DNA of 64,000 nucleotides from Pseudomonadota bacterium. GTDB taxonomy: Bacteria; UBA10199; 2-02-FULL-44-16; JBDRGF01. The notes beneath the pieces were generated by a model. The model had not been told where the DNA came from. It saw only the letters and a list, made by a program, of their open reading frames with translations, and ran no database searches. Positions 28,740 to 38,687 of the stretch are shown here, piece after piece. The stretch covers positions 52,363 through 116,362 of the forward strand of contig JBDRGF010000033.1 of NCBI GenBank assembly GCA_043818055.1, given 5' to 3'. How positions within the stretch are numbered: position 1 is the stretch's first letter; each line of letters opens with the position of its first letter. The position numbers and the translations under genes were made by a program.

Positions 28740-29957
28740 TTACATAACCAAAAATTGCACCTGATCGCCCGATTTAAACCCATCTCTCTTTTCAGGGTAG
28801 AACACAAGAGCATTGCCTCTAGATAGAAGGCTTAAAGACTGGGAGCTTTGGTTATCGAAGATTTCGAGGTTATATCGATCATCTTCAAGCTTATATCTTC
28901 CCATCAAAAATGAGGTTCTGTCTGACTTATATTTTAGATCGGAAGTCAATATTCCCTCATAAAATTTCGGATAGCAATCCGCTGTATTCATTCCCGAGAG
29001 CCTGTCCACAACTCCCTTAACAACAACCTCACACAACACAGCGACGGAGACCGGATTGCCGGGGAGGCCGAGAAAAACCTGATTATTTTTTTTCGCTAAG
29101 AGCAGAGGCCTGCCGGGCTTTATTTTGGCGCGCCAGAAGATGATCTTCCAACCGAGCTCTTCAAGGCATGGCCTAATATAGTCCCTCTCCCCCATCGAAA
29201 CACCGCCGGTAGAAATTATCAAACCGTTCCCTAACAACTCTGCTTTTTGAATTGTTTCTTTGAGCTTTTCCTTCGTATCACCAGCGTTGCCCATATATTT
29301 TACATCAATCCCCCACTCCCTGAATTTAAGATCGAGAAATACTCTGTTACTATTGATAATCGCATCGCCTCTAGGATTCTCATCCACAATTTCGTCACCA
29401 GTTGTAAAAAAAACGACCTGGGGTTTTGGATAAACACTTAGATGCGTTATTCCTTGTGTATATAAGTTTGCGATGTCGGCGGGTTGAAGCCTTTTGTTTT
29501 TTGGAATTAGCGCGTCGCCCTTTTTTGTATCGTTGTCGAATTTACGAATATTCGCCCACGTTTTTGGCATGAAGTCGAAGTTAACTATGTTGCCATCACC
29601 CTTTGAGTTTTCAACAGGTATGACGGCGTTGCAGTTGGGAGGAATTCGGGCGCCGGTCATGATTTTCACGCAGCAGCCTGGAGGTATTTCGCCGTTGTAA
29701 TTTTGTCCGGCAAACGACTCGTCGCTGACTCTGAACGCCTGTCGTTCAATTGGTGCATCGCTCTTGATGTCATGTGTGTTGATCGCCCAGCCATCCATGG
29801 CCGAGTTATCAAATCCCGGTACATCACGAAGGGTTTTGATTTCAGCGCTCGTGACTAAACCGGCAGCTTCACTAACGGGAATCGATATTGGATTTCCCGG
29901 TTGAGCAGCATCGATGCATTCGTTTAGAACTTCTTTGTAGGTGATGTTTTGTTTCAT
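28740..29957 (-). CDS. moeA: Molybdopterin molybdenumtransferase
   Basis: PGFDNSAMDG, IMTGA, TGDE, STGGVSMGERD, KPGRP, GLPGNPVS. Confidence 0.95.
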   Translation of the reverse strand: MKQNITYKEVLNECIDAAQPGNPISIPVSEAAGLVTSAEIKTLRDVPGFDNSAMDGWAINTHDIKSDAPIERQAFRVSDESFAGQNYNGEIPPGCCVKIMTGARIPPNCNAVIPVENSKGDGNIVNFDFMPKTWANIRKFDNDTKKGDALIPKNKRLQPADIANLYTQGITHLSVYPKPQVVFFTTGDEIVDENPRGDAIINSNRVFLDLKFREWGIDVKYMGNAGDTKEKLKETIQKAELLGNGLIISTGGVSMGERDYIRPCLEELGWKIIFWRAKIKPGRPLLLAKKNNQVFLGLPGNPVSVAVLCEVVVKGVVDRLSGMNTADCYPKFYEGILTSDLKYKSDRTSFLMGRYKLEDDRYNLEIFDNQSSQSLSLLSRGNALVFYPEKRDGFKSGDQVQFLVM

Positions 29958-29992
29958 AATTTCTTCTGTGGCTATTCGAAAATAGTATTAAT

Positions 29993-30052
29993 GTAGGGGT
30001 CGGCCCCTGTGCCGACCCTTAAAAACGGGCAACCACAGGGGGTTGCCCCTAC
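29993..30052. repeat. GTAG-type REP doublet
   Basis: GTAGGGGTCGGCCCCTGTGCCGACCC...GGGCAACCACAGGGGGTTGCCCCTAC. Confidence 0.8.
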
Positions 30053-30088
30053 AAAAAACAAAACATATTTTCGAACAGCTTGAAGCGG

Positions 30089-30583
30089 TTACACCGTCTC
30101 ATCTTTACAATCGCTCACCTCTCCCTTGAGCACTTTGATCGCGTGGGGGAGGAGCGGTTTTAAAATTTCGAACGACTCAATGACGCTCTTTGGCTTCCCC
30201 GGCAGGTTTATTACGAGCGTCTTGCCGATCGTGCCCGCAACACCGCGCGTGATCGGGGCGTAGGGTGTGATTTTTAGGCTCTCCATCATAAGATATGTGA
30301 TGATGTTGTCTGCCCGACGTTCCAAAAGGGAAAGGGTCACCTCCGGCGTCCTGTCGCTTGGCGCAAATCCAGTACCACCACTAGTCAAAAGCAGATCGCA
30401 CTCTCCCACCAGCCCTAAAATCCCTTCATTGATCCGCCTTTTTTCGTCCGGAACAACTTTAGTAGCAGAGAGGATAAAGACCTCATCCATTTCGATATGT
30501 TCTTCAAATAAAGGGATCGTTTCATCGGGGCGCGATCCGGTGAATGCCCTGTCGCTCACTATGAGAAGTCCAACTTTAATCAT
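30089..30583 (-). CDS. mog: Molybdopterin adenylyltransferase (Mog/MoaB family)
   Basis: VSDRA, TSGGTGFAPSDRTPE, INLPGKP. Confidence 0.88.
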   Translation of the reverse strand: MIKVGLLIVSDRAFTGSRPDETIPLFEEHIEMDEVFILSATKVVPDEKRRINEGILGLVGECDLLLTSGGTGFAPSDRTPEVTLSLLERRADNIITYLMMESLKITPYAPITRGVAGTIGKTLVINLPGKPKSVIESFEILKPLLPHAIKVLKGEVSDCKDETV

Positions 30584-30599
30584 AATATTTCCTCTAAAA

Positions 30600-30803
30600 T
30601 GTCATCCCTGCGAACAGACTGTGTCATAATTCAAATTTTACATATAATGTCATTCTGAGCGAAGCGAAGAATCTTGTGATTTCGGATACTTAAGATCCTT
30701 CACTTTGTTCAGGATGACACCAAAAACCAATTATGACACAGTCTGGAAGGCAGGGATCCAGTCTTATGTCTATTATATGGATTCCCGCCTTCGCGGGAAT
30801 GAC
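30600..30803. mobile_element. Nested repeat: a REP interrupted by a 131-bp MITE that itself carries a REP
   Basis: 17-bp terminal inverted repeats CAGACTGTGTCATAATT (30615-30631) and AATTATGACACAGTCTG (30729-30745), flanked by duplicated GAA. Confidence 0.8.
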
Positions 30804-31225
30804 AACAGGGGCACACCCTCTTTCACAACTCCACCCGTCACCACCTTTGCAAATACACCCTCTATCGGCATCACACAGGTGCCGACCGTTTTTGCGATGT
30901 GGCATGGATGATGGCATTCTTTGCCGATCTGGGTGATCTCAAGTTCGACCACATCACCTAATTTCAAACGTGTGCCGACGGGTAAGGTGTAAAGGGAGAT
31001 GCCCTCTGTGATAACATTTTCGCCAAAGGCCCCAGCTGCAACCGTAATCCCCTTCTCAACAACTTTTTTTATGCTCTCCGAAGCGATGAGGCTCACCTGC
31101 CTCTCACTTCCCGCGTGTGCATCACCTTCAATGCCAAAGTCCTTAATGAACGTCACCTCATTGACAGGGGACTTCGTCGTTCCTTTTTTCAAACTCGTGC
31201 AGAGATTAACGACGGTAGCTGCCAC
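30773..31225 (-). CDS. MOSC-domain sulfur-carrier-like protein
   Basis: GIEGDAHAG, RQVSL, GAFGEN, TQIGKECH, CVMPIEGVFAKV. GTG start at 31225 with GGAGG. The C-terminus reads into a REP. Confidence 0.88.
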   Translation of the reverse strand: MAATVVNLCTSLKKGTTKSPVNEVTFIKDFGIEGDAHAGSERQVSLIASESIKKVVEKGITVAAGAFGENVITEGISLYTLPVGTRLKLGDVVELEITQIGKECHHPCHIAKTVGTCVMPIEGVFAKVVTGGVVKEGVPLLSFPRRRESI

Positions 31226-31685
31226 TTGCACCTCCCTCTTTGCTGATGAGGCGCACCGGCCCAATCTCAATCCCTCTATCGAGTGCCTTGCACATATCGT
31301 ATATGGTGAGCGCGGCGACAGAAACTCCTGTCAGCGCCTCCATCTCGACGCCTGTCTTGCCAGTTAGTTTAGATGTGCATGTGATTCGAATCTGGTCGAC
31401 ATCCTCGAGCACATCAAAGTTCAAGTCGATGTGTTCGATCGACAGCGGATGACAAAGGGGGATCAGCTCCGCTGTCTTTTTCACCGCCTGAATGCCTGCG
31501 ATTTTCGCGGTAGAGAGCACATCGCCCTTTTTCACATTGTTATCGACTATCGCTTTGAGCGTCTCTTTCGAGAGCTTCACAAAACCCTCTGCGGTAGCTA
31601 TCCTGTAAGTATTCTGTTTATCCTGAACATCGACCATGGAGGCTTTCCCCTTCGCGTCGATATGAGTGAGACTTTCTTTCATCAT
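31206..31685 (-). CDS. moaC: Cyclic pyranopterin monophosphate synthase
   Basis: LTHID...MVDV, KKGDVL, LIPLCHP, TGVEMEAL, TIYDMCKA. Confidence 0.96.
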   Translation of the reverse strand: MMKESLTHIDAKGKASMVDVQDKQNTYRIATAEGFVKLSKETLKAIVDNNVKKGDVLSTAKIAGIQAVKKTAELIPLCHPLSIEHIDLNFDVLEDVDQIRITCTSKLTGKTGVEMEALTGVSVAALTIYDMCKALDRGIEIGPVRLISKEGGASGSYRR

Positions 31686-32650
31686 CCACCTACCTCTTTC
31701 ATCGGGTGACATATTCTTTTCGGTTCTTCCAGCTTATCCCTTATCCTCTGAAGCTGATCACGCTTTAACGACACGATACTCTCAACACCTTGAGAGAGAA
31801 GCCTCTTATTTCCTATCATCTTTTTAAGATCTACGACTTCGCTGGATCGCAGACATGTCTTTGCGACCCCCTTTGATGTGAGGCGCAGCTTCGCACAATC
31901 GTCGCAGAATTTGTCGGAGTTTGGTGAAATAAAACCGATCGACCCCAAGGCCTCCGGAATACGAAAGACCTTCACATGCGTCCCATCGTTGGATCTGATG
32001 GATGACATAAGCTCACCGAATTCACTTATCAGAATTTTTTTAATCTCATCGCTTGAGATAAAGCGTCTGCTCCACTCTTCGTCTGATTCGCCCTGTTGCA
32101 TAAGCTCGATGAAACGAAGGTTGATCTTGTGAGCAGTTGTGAGTTTTGATAGCTTCACTATCTCAGATTCGTTGACCCCTTTTATAATGACCGTATTCAG
32201 CTTGATCGGCGAAAAACCAATTTTAAGCGCCTCTTCAACCGAACCCCAAACATCTCCTAAGAGATCCTGTCCTGAGAGCTCTCGATAGATCTTCTCACAC
32301 AGCGCATCGAGGCTGAACGTGATGCGCTTCAAACCCGCGGCGTATAGATCTTTGAGATAAGGCCTTGCAAGCGTCCCATTTGTGGTGATCGATATATCCG
32401 TGAGGGGTAATTTTTTAAGCTGACCTATAAAATCTACGAGCCCCTCTCTGCAGAATGGCTCACCGCCGGTGATCTTGACGCGATGAATGCCGTGCTTTGA
32501 AAATTCTCCAACGATCTCGTAAAGTTCATCCCACGAGAGATAGTCGTCACTAATCTGTTTCTCACGTTTATTAGGTGAGCAATAGAGACAGTTGAGATTG
32601 CAATAATCGGTCACGGATATCCGCAATGTGTCTATTTTAAGAGCTTTCAT
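31682..32650 (-). CDS. moaA: GTP 3',8-cyclase
   Basis: LRISVTDYCNLNCLYC, TGGEP, RFIELM, FCDDCAKLRLT...C and C-terminal GG. Confidence 0.93.
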   Translation of the reverse strand: MKALKIDTLRISVTDYCNLNCLYCSPNKREKQISDDYLSWDELYEIVGEFSKHGIHRVKITGGEPFCREGLVDFIGQLKKLPLTDISITTNGTLARPYLKDLYAAGLKRITFSLDALCEKIYRELSGQDLLGDVWGSVEEALKIGFSPIKLNTVIIKGVNESEIVKLSKLTTAHKINLRFIELMQQGESDEEWSRRFISSDEIKKILISEFGELMSSIRSNDGTHVKVFRIPEALGSIGFISPNSDKFCDDCAKLRLTSKGVAKTCLRSSEVVDLKKMIGNKRLLSQGVESIVSLKRDQLQRIRDKLEEPKRICHPMKEVGG

Positions 32651-32818
32651 GGCGACAATGGGAATAGCATATGCATGATATGATGCAAGAGGAGAATCTC
32701 TTGAAGAGAGCAAAATTTCGCAAAAGATGCTTGTTTTTTTCTTTTTTTCATGAAAAAGCCTAAAACCCTTAAGGCGCAAACATCAACGAGCAGTATAACT
32801 GCCGCCAAGGAGAACAAC

Positions 32819-34552
32819 ATGGCATTTTTATCAACACGAATATCCCCATCGGTAATACAACGTATGCGAGAGGTGGCGCCACCCGAAATGAGCGCCCATC
32901 TTTTAAGCCTCTCCATGACCAAATTATCAAACGCGCTGTTATCCTCTGGAAAACCGCTCAAAGCGACCTTATACGGAACATGCCTTGAAAATGCCGGCTG
33001 TGGCACAAGCTGTGATTCGATTCTGCTTAACACTCCGGATCGCGTCTTTCATGACCTGAATTGTCTGCTACAAGGTATAAAGGATTCAAAGATCAGGGAA
33101 TGCGACATACGCACCCTTACAGAAGGGGTTTCGATTGCAGATATCTCGGGGGATTATATTCCACAAGCCCTCGTCTTTCAGACCTTTGGAGCCTTAACAC
33201 TTTTTGCCTTCGATGAGTTGATCGGATCCTATCTGGCAAAAGAGATGAGTTCTATGGCGCGCATGTTCGAACAGATAGCTACCGCAGAGGATTATAACTT
33301 CTCCAATGACGTACTGATGCAACACCTCAAAAAAATTGGCAATATCCAATTTTTATTTCATGAAATACAAAACTGTGACAGAAATTCGCTTGCGTTCAGA
33401 ACACATATAGTAGGTGCGCACCTAGTCTCTCTTACGATACAACTATTTCATCCCGAACCTTTTCTATTTAAAACTGCGCTTCTCGATAAACTTGAATACA
33501 TTTCCTTAGAAGATGCAGTTGTGCATGTAACCGACATACTCGAAGAGGTTCATCGAAAAATTCCAGCAAAAATTGTGGGCGTCAGAGGTTTTCATTCAAT
33601 CAAAGAGGCCTTAATTATGGGACTCAAAAAACAAATGAAAAATATTAAAAAGGATTTAACGCCTGACGAAAAGAGAATTTTCGACCCAAATCAGGTTCGC
33701 ATGCACGTCGACGAATATGGACGCATTTTCTTTCAAATAAATGGCTTTGGCGGTTACGGGAGTAAAATCATTCTTGAGGTTCAACACAAAAAAAATGGTG
33801 AACACCCCTTCCTAGATCTACGTTTTCATCCATTTCCATCGACACTTACAAGACTATCCAGGCCGTGCGATCTCGAACAGATGGAAAGCTATAGAAATGG
33901 CAACAGCAGATCGATGGCAATAAAAACTGGCATATTCAGTCGATACGTCTCTACCTTCAACTTTAATATCAAGCCAAAAGATGTTACTGAAGCGCTCGAT
34001 AACTATACAAAACGGTTTCGTCAAAGCAAAGGTATTAAACCTTTCATAATTCAATTCAAATGGAATACTCCGAGCAGCAACGATCAACACGGCATTTCAT
34101 TGCCAGCTAATGTATTTCTCGCTGGCCAACAGAAACCAGTTTTAGGGGAATTTTTGATCAAACGTGATAAAGATGGCAAAGAACACTGCCTTTTTATAGA
34201 TTCAGAGGAGCTCGCTGCCACAGCCAAGTCTGATATTTTAGAGATCGAAGTGGACAGCATGATATACGACAACACTCCGTTGATACAGCTTCTCAAAAAA
34301 GCTTTATACCCGATGGGAATAACAGAAGAATCAGAGATCGAAGAGAGCATCTATTTGTTCTTCAGAACAATTCATAAATATCTCGAAGAGCGCATAGATA
34401 TGACGAATAGAAACATCGGAGAGTTTCAATATAAAACATCGTATCAAGACGACCAAACTACGATTCAGATTTTTGACAATGGCAATATTGTACTCAAGAT
34501 CGACATTTGCATCAATGATGAGGAGATCATACTAACACCTCTTGATCTGTAA
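32819..34552 (+). CDS. Hypothetical protein (~577 aa)
   Basis: Long ORF with AAGGAG RBS before ATG 32819. No motif recognised. Confidence 0.7.
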   Translation: MAFLSTRISPSVIQRMREVAPPEMSAHLLSLSMTKLSNALLSSGKPLKATLYGTCLENAGCGTSCDSILLNTPDRVFHDLNCLLQGIKDSKIRECDIRTLTEGVSIADISGDYIPQALVFQTFGALTLFAFDELIGSYLAKEMSSMARMFEQIATAEDYNFSNDVLMQHLKKIGNIQFLFHEIQNCDRNSLAFRTHIVGAHLVSLTIQLFHPEPFLFKTALLDKLEYISLEDAVVHVTDILEEVHRKIPAKIVGVRGFHSIKEALIMGLKKQMKNIKKDLTPDEKRIFDPNQVRMHVDEYGRIFFQINGFGGYGSKIILEVQHKKNGEHPFLDLRFHPFPSTLTRLSRPCDLEQMESYRNGNSRSMAIKTGIFSRYVSTFNFNIKPKDVTEALDNYTKRFRQSKGIKPFIIQFKWNTPSSNDQHGISLPANVFLAGQQKPVLGEFLIKRDKDGKEHCLFIDSEELAATAKSDILEIEVDSMIYDNTPLIQLLKKALYPMGITEESEIEESIYLFFRTIHKYLEERIDMTNRNIGEFQYKTSYQDDQTTIQIFDNGNIVLKIDICINDEEIILTPLDL

Positions 34553-34603
34553 AACGCTTTAGATTGATTTTGTAATTGGATTAACTTAAGTTATCTATCG
34601 CTT

Positions 34604-35383
34604 ATGGAAAATTTTATCAAACAAATTGTGAACCACTATGACGACGGTGATCTTTCAGAAAAAACACGTCAGATTGTCGTTGAGGAGCCGCTAGAGATTC
34701 ATGTTCAGGGAAAACCTTATTCCATATTGATGCGCACGCCTGGAGATGAATTGGCGCTTGTTGCCGGTTTTTGTTTGAGCGAAGGGTTGATTGATAGCCA
34801 TGACGACCTTTCATCGATCGGCTATTGCAAGGATATCGATAGCAACAGGATTCTAGTTCAGCTCACTGAAAAGAGGGAAAAGCTCGTTTCAAAGCTCCTC
34901 CAAAGAAGCTCTTTCAGATCACAAACCAGCTGTGGTCTTTGTGGCAAGGAGATGATAGACGATATCTGCACAGAGTTTAATAAAATCGAAAAAATTAATG
35001 TTAAACCAGAAATATTGATAAGACTTCAGGATGATCTTAAAAAGAGACAAAAACTTTTCAAAGAGACAGGCGGAACACATGGCGCTCTGATATCCGACGC
35101 GGATGGAATTTTTTTGTCCTTTGCAGAGGATGTCGGGCGTCATAACGCATTCGATAAAGCGATCGGCAATCTCATTTTGGAGAAAAAACTGAATAAAGCA
35201 AAGATAGCCTTGCTATCGAGCAGGGGAAGTTTCGAGATGATTCAAAAAGCCGCTCGCGCCAACATTCCGGTTGTCGTTTGCGTATCGGCCCCGACGAGCC
35301 TTGCCATAGAGCTGGCAAAAAAGGCGGGCGTTAAACTGATAGGTTTTTTAAGAGGCAATAGTTACAATATTTATTGCGATTGA
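34604..35383 (+). CDS. fdhD: Formate dehydrogenase accessory sulfurtransferase
   Basis: EEPLEI, MRTPG, SCGLCG, TGGTH, EDVGRHNAFDK, SAPTSLA. Confidence 0.95.
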   Translation: MENFIKQIVNHYDDGDLSEKTRQIVVEEPLEIHVQGKPYSILMRTPGDELALVAGFCLSEGLIDSHDDLSSIGYCKDIDSNRILVQLTEKREKLVSKLLQRSSFRSQTSCGLCGKEMIDDICTEFNKIEKINVKPEILIRLQDDLKKRQKLFKETGGTHGALISDADGIFLSFAEDVGRHNAFDKAIGNLILEKKLNKAKIALLSSRGSFEMIQKAARANIPVVVCVSAPTSLAIELAKKAGVKLIGFLRGNSYNIYCD

Positions 35384-35423
35384 GTTCTTTTTTTGAATAT
35401 CACAACACCATGAGGAGACATCA

Positions 35424-35780
35424 ATGATACAAAGAGGTTGCGATCCACTTCGAATCATCTCTGCCAATACGCTCAGAGCTTCGCCACTTGGAGAGGCTCT
35501 TTTTTCCATTGTTGCTTACGATCATAAAGATTTGGAATTATATAGAAATGCTGCTTTTTTTGATCAGAACGAACCCTACAACAAAAGATTTAGACATCAA
35601 ACTTGGATTAGAAAGTTTGCACAACATTCAAAACGAAGCTCTGAATTCGGTATTCGGAGGAACGGTGACATTTTCGCAGATACAATTCCCCCTTCTATGT
35701 CCACTGACTGGAAAGATCACAATCGGCTGGAGGAGTTCAGATTTTACCAACCTTGTTCTTTAGTGCTTTTTTGTTTTTAA
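35424..35780 (+). CDS. Small hypothetical protein, possibly frameshifted at a T7 run (35555-35561)
   Basis: GAGGAG RBS before ATG 35424. Overlapping ORF 35488-35763 in another frame. Confidence 0.35.
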   Translation: MIQRGCDPLRIISANTLRASPLGEALFSIVAYDHKDLELYRNAAFFDQNEPYNKRFRHQTWIRKFAQHSKRSSEFGIRRNGDIFADTIPPSMSTDWKDHNRLEEFRFYQPCSLVLFCF

Positions 35781-37281
35781 GTCCGTTCACAAATTCCTGC
35801 CACTGCACCGATCCAAAAAACTCCTTCAGGTCATCTGTAGTCTTTCGCGCCTTCAACTGAAAGTTTTGACTTACACTTTGAAGACCTGTTTCGGTCGATT
35901 GATACATCTCCTTCAGATGGTTCTGAAATCCTTTGGTGGCCTTTTTAGCCTTTTTCGACATGCGATATCCATACGACCTCACCGCCATCGTTATAACATC
36001 GAAGCGATTCAAACAGGCAAAAAGTCTTGGGATTGAATAGAATCGTATCATCGCTCTGACCGTCTCCTTTTGAAGTTCAAACATGCTGATCTTCTTGGGC
36101 TTAAATACCACATGATGCGCATCATAATATCCCCAGTCGCGGGAGATGAGTCGCCCCTCCGCCTCCATCTTGTTAAAGACTGGAGTTCCCGGCAGTGGGG
36201 TCAGGATTAAAAACTGCACGGTCGTTAAATCAATTTTTTTAGCAAATTTTAGCGTCTCTTTGATCGTATTCCTATCGTCATCATCTGCGCCAAAGATGAA
36301 CATGCCGTGAGTTTTGATACCCGCTTTTTTTATGATACCGATTGCCTTCTCGATCTCCTCCACAGTCTGCCCTTTATTTAGAGCCTTCAGAGTCTTGGGA
36401 TTGGCCGACTCGAGACCTATATAGACGTAATGACAATTTGACTCCTTCATGAGAGTTAGCAGTTCTTCGTCCCATGCGATATCGATTCTCACTTGAGACA
36501 TCCATCGCGGTGTTATTTTTTGTTTGATCATCTCACGCAGAAGCTCCTTCGTCCTCTCCTTGTTGGCCGCGAAGTTGTCATCATAGAAAAAGACCCATTC
36601 TGGTTTCTTCGCTTTGAGTTCGGCAATAACCCTTTGAGTCGAACGAAATCTATAACGGCGGCCGAACATCTGAGTCACCGAGCAGAAGTTGCAGCCGAAC
36701 GGACATCCTCTGGATGTGATGACTGGCGTGACGCTTAAATCCTTATCCTCTATCCCCTTCCCTTTGATCAAAGTTAGATCGGGATCGGGCAACGAATCGA
36801 GTTCAGGGCATGTTGTCGGCAAAGGATTTTCATGATAGATCTTGCCGATATTATATGAAAGGCCAGCCACATTTTCAAAACCGCTATTTTTATTCAACGC
36901 CTCGATAAATGGGATGATGGTCTCTTCAGCCTCGCCGCGCAAAACAAAATCGCAGTGTTTGAGCGCCTCTTTGGGAAGAAACGAAACATGAGGTCCACCC
37001 ATGAATACAGGGATACCGGCCAGTCTTGCCTGACGCGCCATCTCATAGGCCCTTGGGGCCGTGGATGTGATCGTCGAGATGCCAACAGCATCTGCAGTCA
37101 ACACATCCTCAAAATCGATCCCCTTATAATCTTCGACATAAACGAGAGCATCGTATCCGGCATTTTTAAGGATAGTCGCAAGCTGAACAGTTCCAAGGCG
37201 AGGCAACCCCCACTTAGAGTAAACATGCGACCCGGGCGATTTTGGTTCGAGGAAAATGATCTTATTAAGCACTTGTTTCAT
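35737..37281 (-). CDS. B12-binding (class B) radical SAM protein
   Basis: N-terminal B12-binding-like region (MGGPHVS, RGEAE), TSRGCPFGCNFC, FYDDNF, IGLES, TPLPGT. Confidence 0.9.
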   Translation of the reverse strand: MKQVLNKIIFLEPKSPGSHVYSKWGLPRLGTVQLATILKNAGYDALVYVEDYKGIDFEDVLTADAVGISTITSTAPRAYEMARQARLAGIPVFMGGPHVSFLPKEALKHCDFVLRGEAEETIIPFIEALNKNSGFENVAGLSYNIGKIYHENPLPTTCPELDSLPDPDLTLIKGKGIEDKDLSVTPVITSRGCPFGCNFCSVTQMFGRRYRFRSTQRVIAELKAKKPEWVFFYDDNFAANKERTKELLREMIKQKITPRWMSQVRIDIAWDEELLTLMKESNCHYVYIGLESANPKTLKALNKGQTVEEIEKAIGIIKKAGIKTHGMFIFGADDDDRNTIKETLKFAKKIDLTTVQFLILTPLPGTPVFNKMEAEGRLISRDWGYYDAHHVVFKPKKISMFELQKETVRAMIRFYSIPRLFACLNRFDVITMAVRSYGYRMSKKAKKATKGFQNHLKEMYQSTETGLQSVSQNFQLKARKTTDDLKEFFGSVQWQEFVNGLKNKKALKNKVGKI

Positions 37282-37325
37282 ATTTTAAGTTTATACCTTA
37301 GTAGCATCATTATACTTAATCTGGA

Positions 37326-37392
37326 ATGTTATGCGCTATGAGCTTTGCGCCGTGCGTTTTAAACACAGAGCGCATGACGCATAGCCTAGCAC
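37326..37392. repeat. Intergenic imperfect palindrome (copy 2 of the 14467 element)
   Basis: ATGTTATGCGCTATGAGCTTTGCGCCGTGCGTTTTAAA...GCGCATGACGCATAGC. Confidence 0.7.
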
Positions 37393-38490
37393 TTAATTTG
37401 CAAATCGAAATTGAATAATATCACCATCTCTGACTATATAGTCGTGTCCCTCTATGCGAAGCAACCCTTTTTCTTTTAACACATGTTCATCATTGAACTT
37501 CATCAATTCTGAATAATTATAGACAATCGCTTTTACAAAACCCTTTTCGAAATCTGTATGAATCTTTCCTGCGGCTTGGGGCGCCTTTGTCCCGCTTTCC
37601 ACCGTCCAAGCCTTCACCTCGGAACTCTCCTTTGTAAAGAAAGTAACAAGATTGAGGAGCGAGTATCCTGCGCGTATTATCTCCTCGAGGCTCGAATGCT
37701 CAATTCCGAGCTCCTTTCTGTAAGCAGCCCTCTCGCCGGCGGGTAGATCGGCAATCTCCTCCTCTATCTCCGCTGATATTTTCAGAAGTTGATCGCTGCG
37801 CTTGTTACAGAACGCTTCAAGCGCTTTCAAAGCAGGTCCACCATCGTTCAATTCGCTCTCACCGATATTGGCTATGAAAAAGACCGGTTTATCAGTGATC
37901 GTTGCAATCTCAACACCCTCGATTTTAAGTTCATGAATGATTCCGGCACAATTCTTGAGCAGCCGCCCCTCTTCGAGAGTTTGTTTTAAAATTCCCATCT
38001 GTTCAAGCTGGTGCTTGATCCTTTTATCGCCACTTTTTGCGGATTTTAAAATCCTGTCCAGCTGCTTATTGATAATTTCGAGATCGGCCAGCATCATCTC
38101 GGTTTCAACGACACCGACATCCCTAACGGGATCGACGCTCTCATACTGATGAGGAATATCCGGATTCTCAAAACACCTCACAACATGCGCGATGGCATCT
38201 ACATTTCTGATATTCCCTAAAAATTTATTCCCCAGCCCCTCTCCCTTGTGCGCACCGGCAACGAGACCGGCGATATCGACGAATTCTATATGAGTGTTTA
38301 CAACCCGATCAGGTTTGAATATCTTTGCTATATCGTCGAGACGCACATCCGGCACACTCACCACACCCGTATTGTGATCGGTGGTGCAAAAGGGATAGCT
38401 CTCCGCCGGCACATGCTGCGCCGTCAAAGCATTGAAAATAGTAGATTTACCGACATTCGGAAGACCTACTATGCCACAGTTAAAGCCCAT
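37393..38490 (-). CDS. ychF: Redox-regulated ATPase YchF
   Basis: GIVGLPNVGKST, YPFCT, DIAGLV, GEGLGNKFL, AGKIHTDFEKGF. Confidence 0.96.
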   Translation of the reverse strand: MGFNCGIVGLPNVGKSTIFNALTAQHVPAESYPFCTTDHNTGVVSVPDVRLDDIAKIFKPDRVVNTHIEFVDIAGLVAGAHKGEGLGNKFLGNIRNVDAIAHVVRCFENPDIPHQYESVDPVRDVGVVETEMMLADLEIINKQLDRILKSAKSGDKRIKHQLEQMGILKQTLEEGRLLKNCAGIIHELKIEGVEIATITDKPVFFIANIGESELNDGGPALKALEAFCNKRSDQLLKISAEIEEEIADLPAGERAAYRKELGIEHSSLEEIIRAGYSLLNLVTFFTKESSEVKAWTVESGTKAPQAAGKIHTDFEKGFVKAIVYNYSELMKFNDEHVLKEKGLLRIEGHDYIVRDGDIIQFRFAN

Positions 38491-38687
38491 ACACTTCTTC
38501 ATGCCCTAATTGAAATCAGATGACAAGCAGTGAGGTGAATTCATTATAAATAGCCAATTATCAATTTCTAATTAACAATTTATATGAGGATGTTTTTTAA
38601 TTGGATATTGAATATTGTTAATTGGATATTGCTTTATAAAGCTAATTGTCCCTTGTAATCAGCAAAATATGTGTTAATCAATCTCTT

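Noticed and set aside
28454..30502. 18-nt match ATCCATTTCGATATGTTC between the 28621 orphan and mog
   Set aside because: Both copies are in coding sequence (EHIEMD) with no flanking similarity, so probably coincidental.
30690..30936. Short ORFs over the nested repeat
   Set aside because: They are translations of REP/MITE sequence or antisense to the MOSC gene.
38550..38635. AATTGGATATTG-type short repeats as a CRISPR or iteron array
   Set aside because: Degenerate ~7-nt AT-rich units without spacers, and no cas or rep genes.
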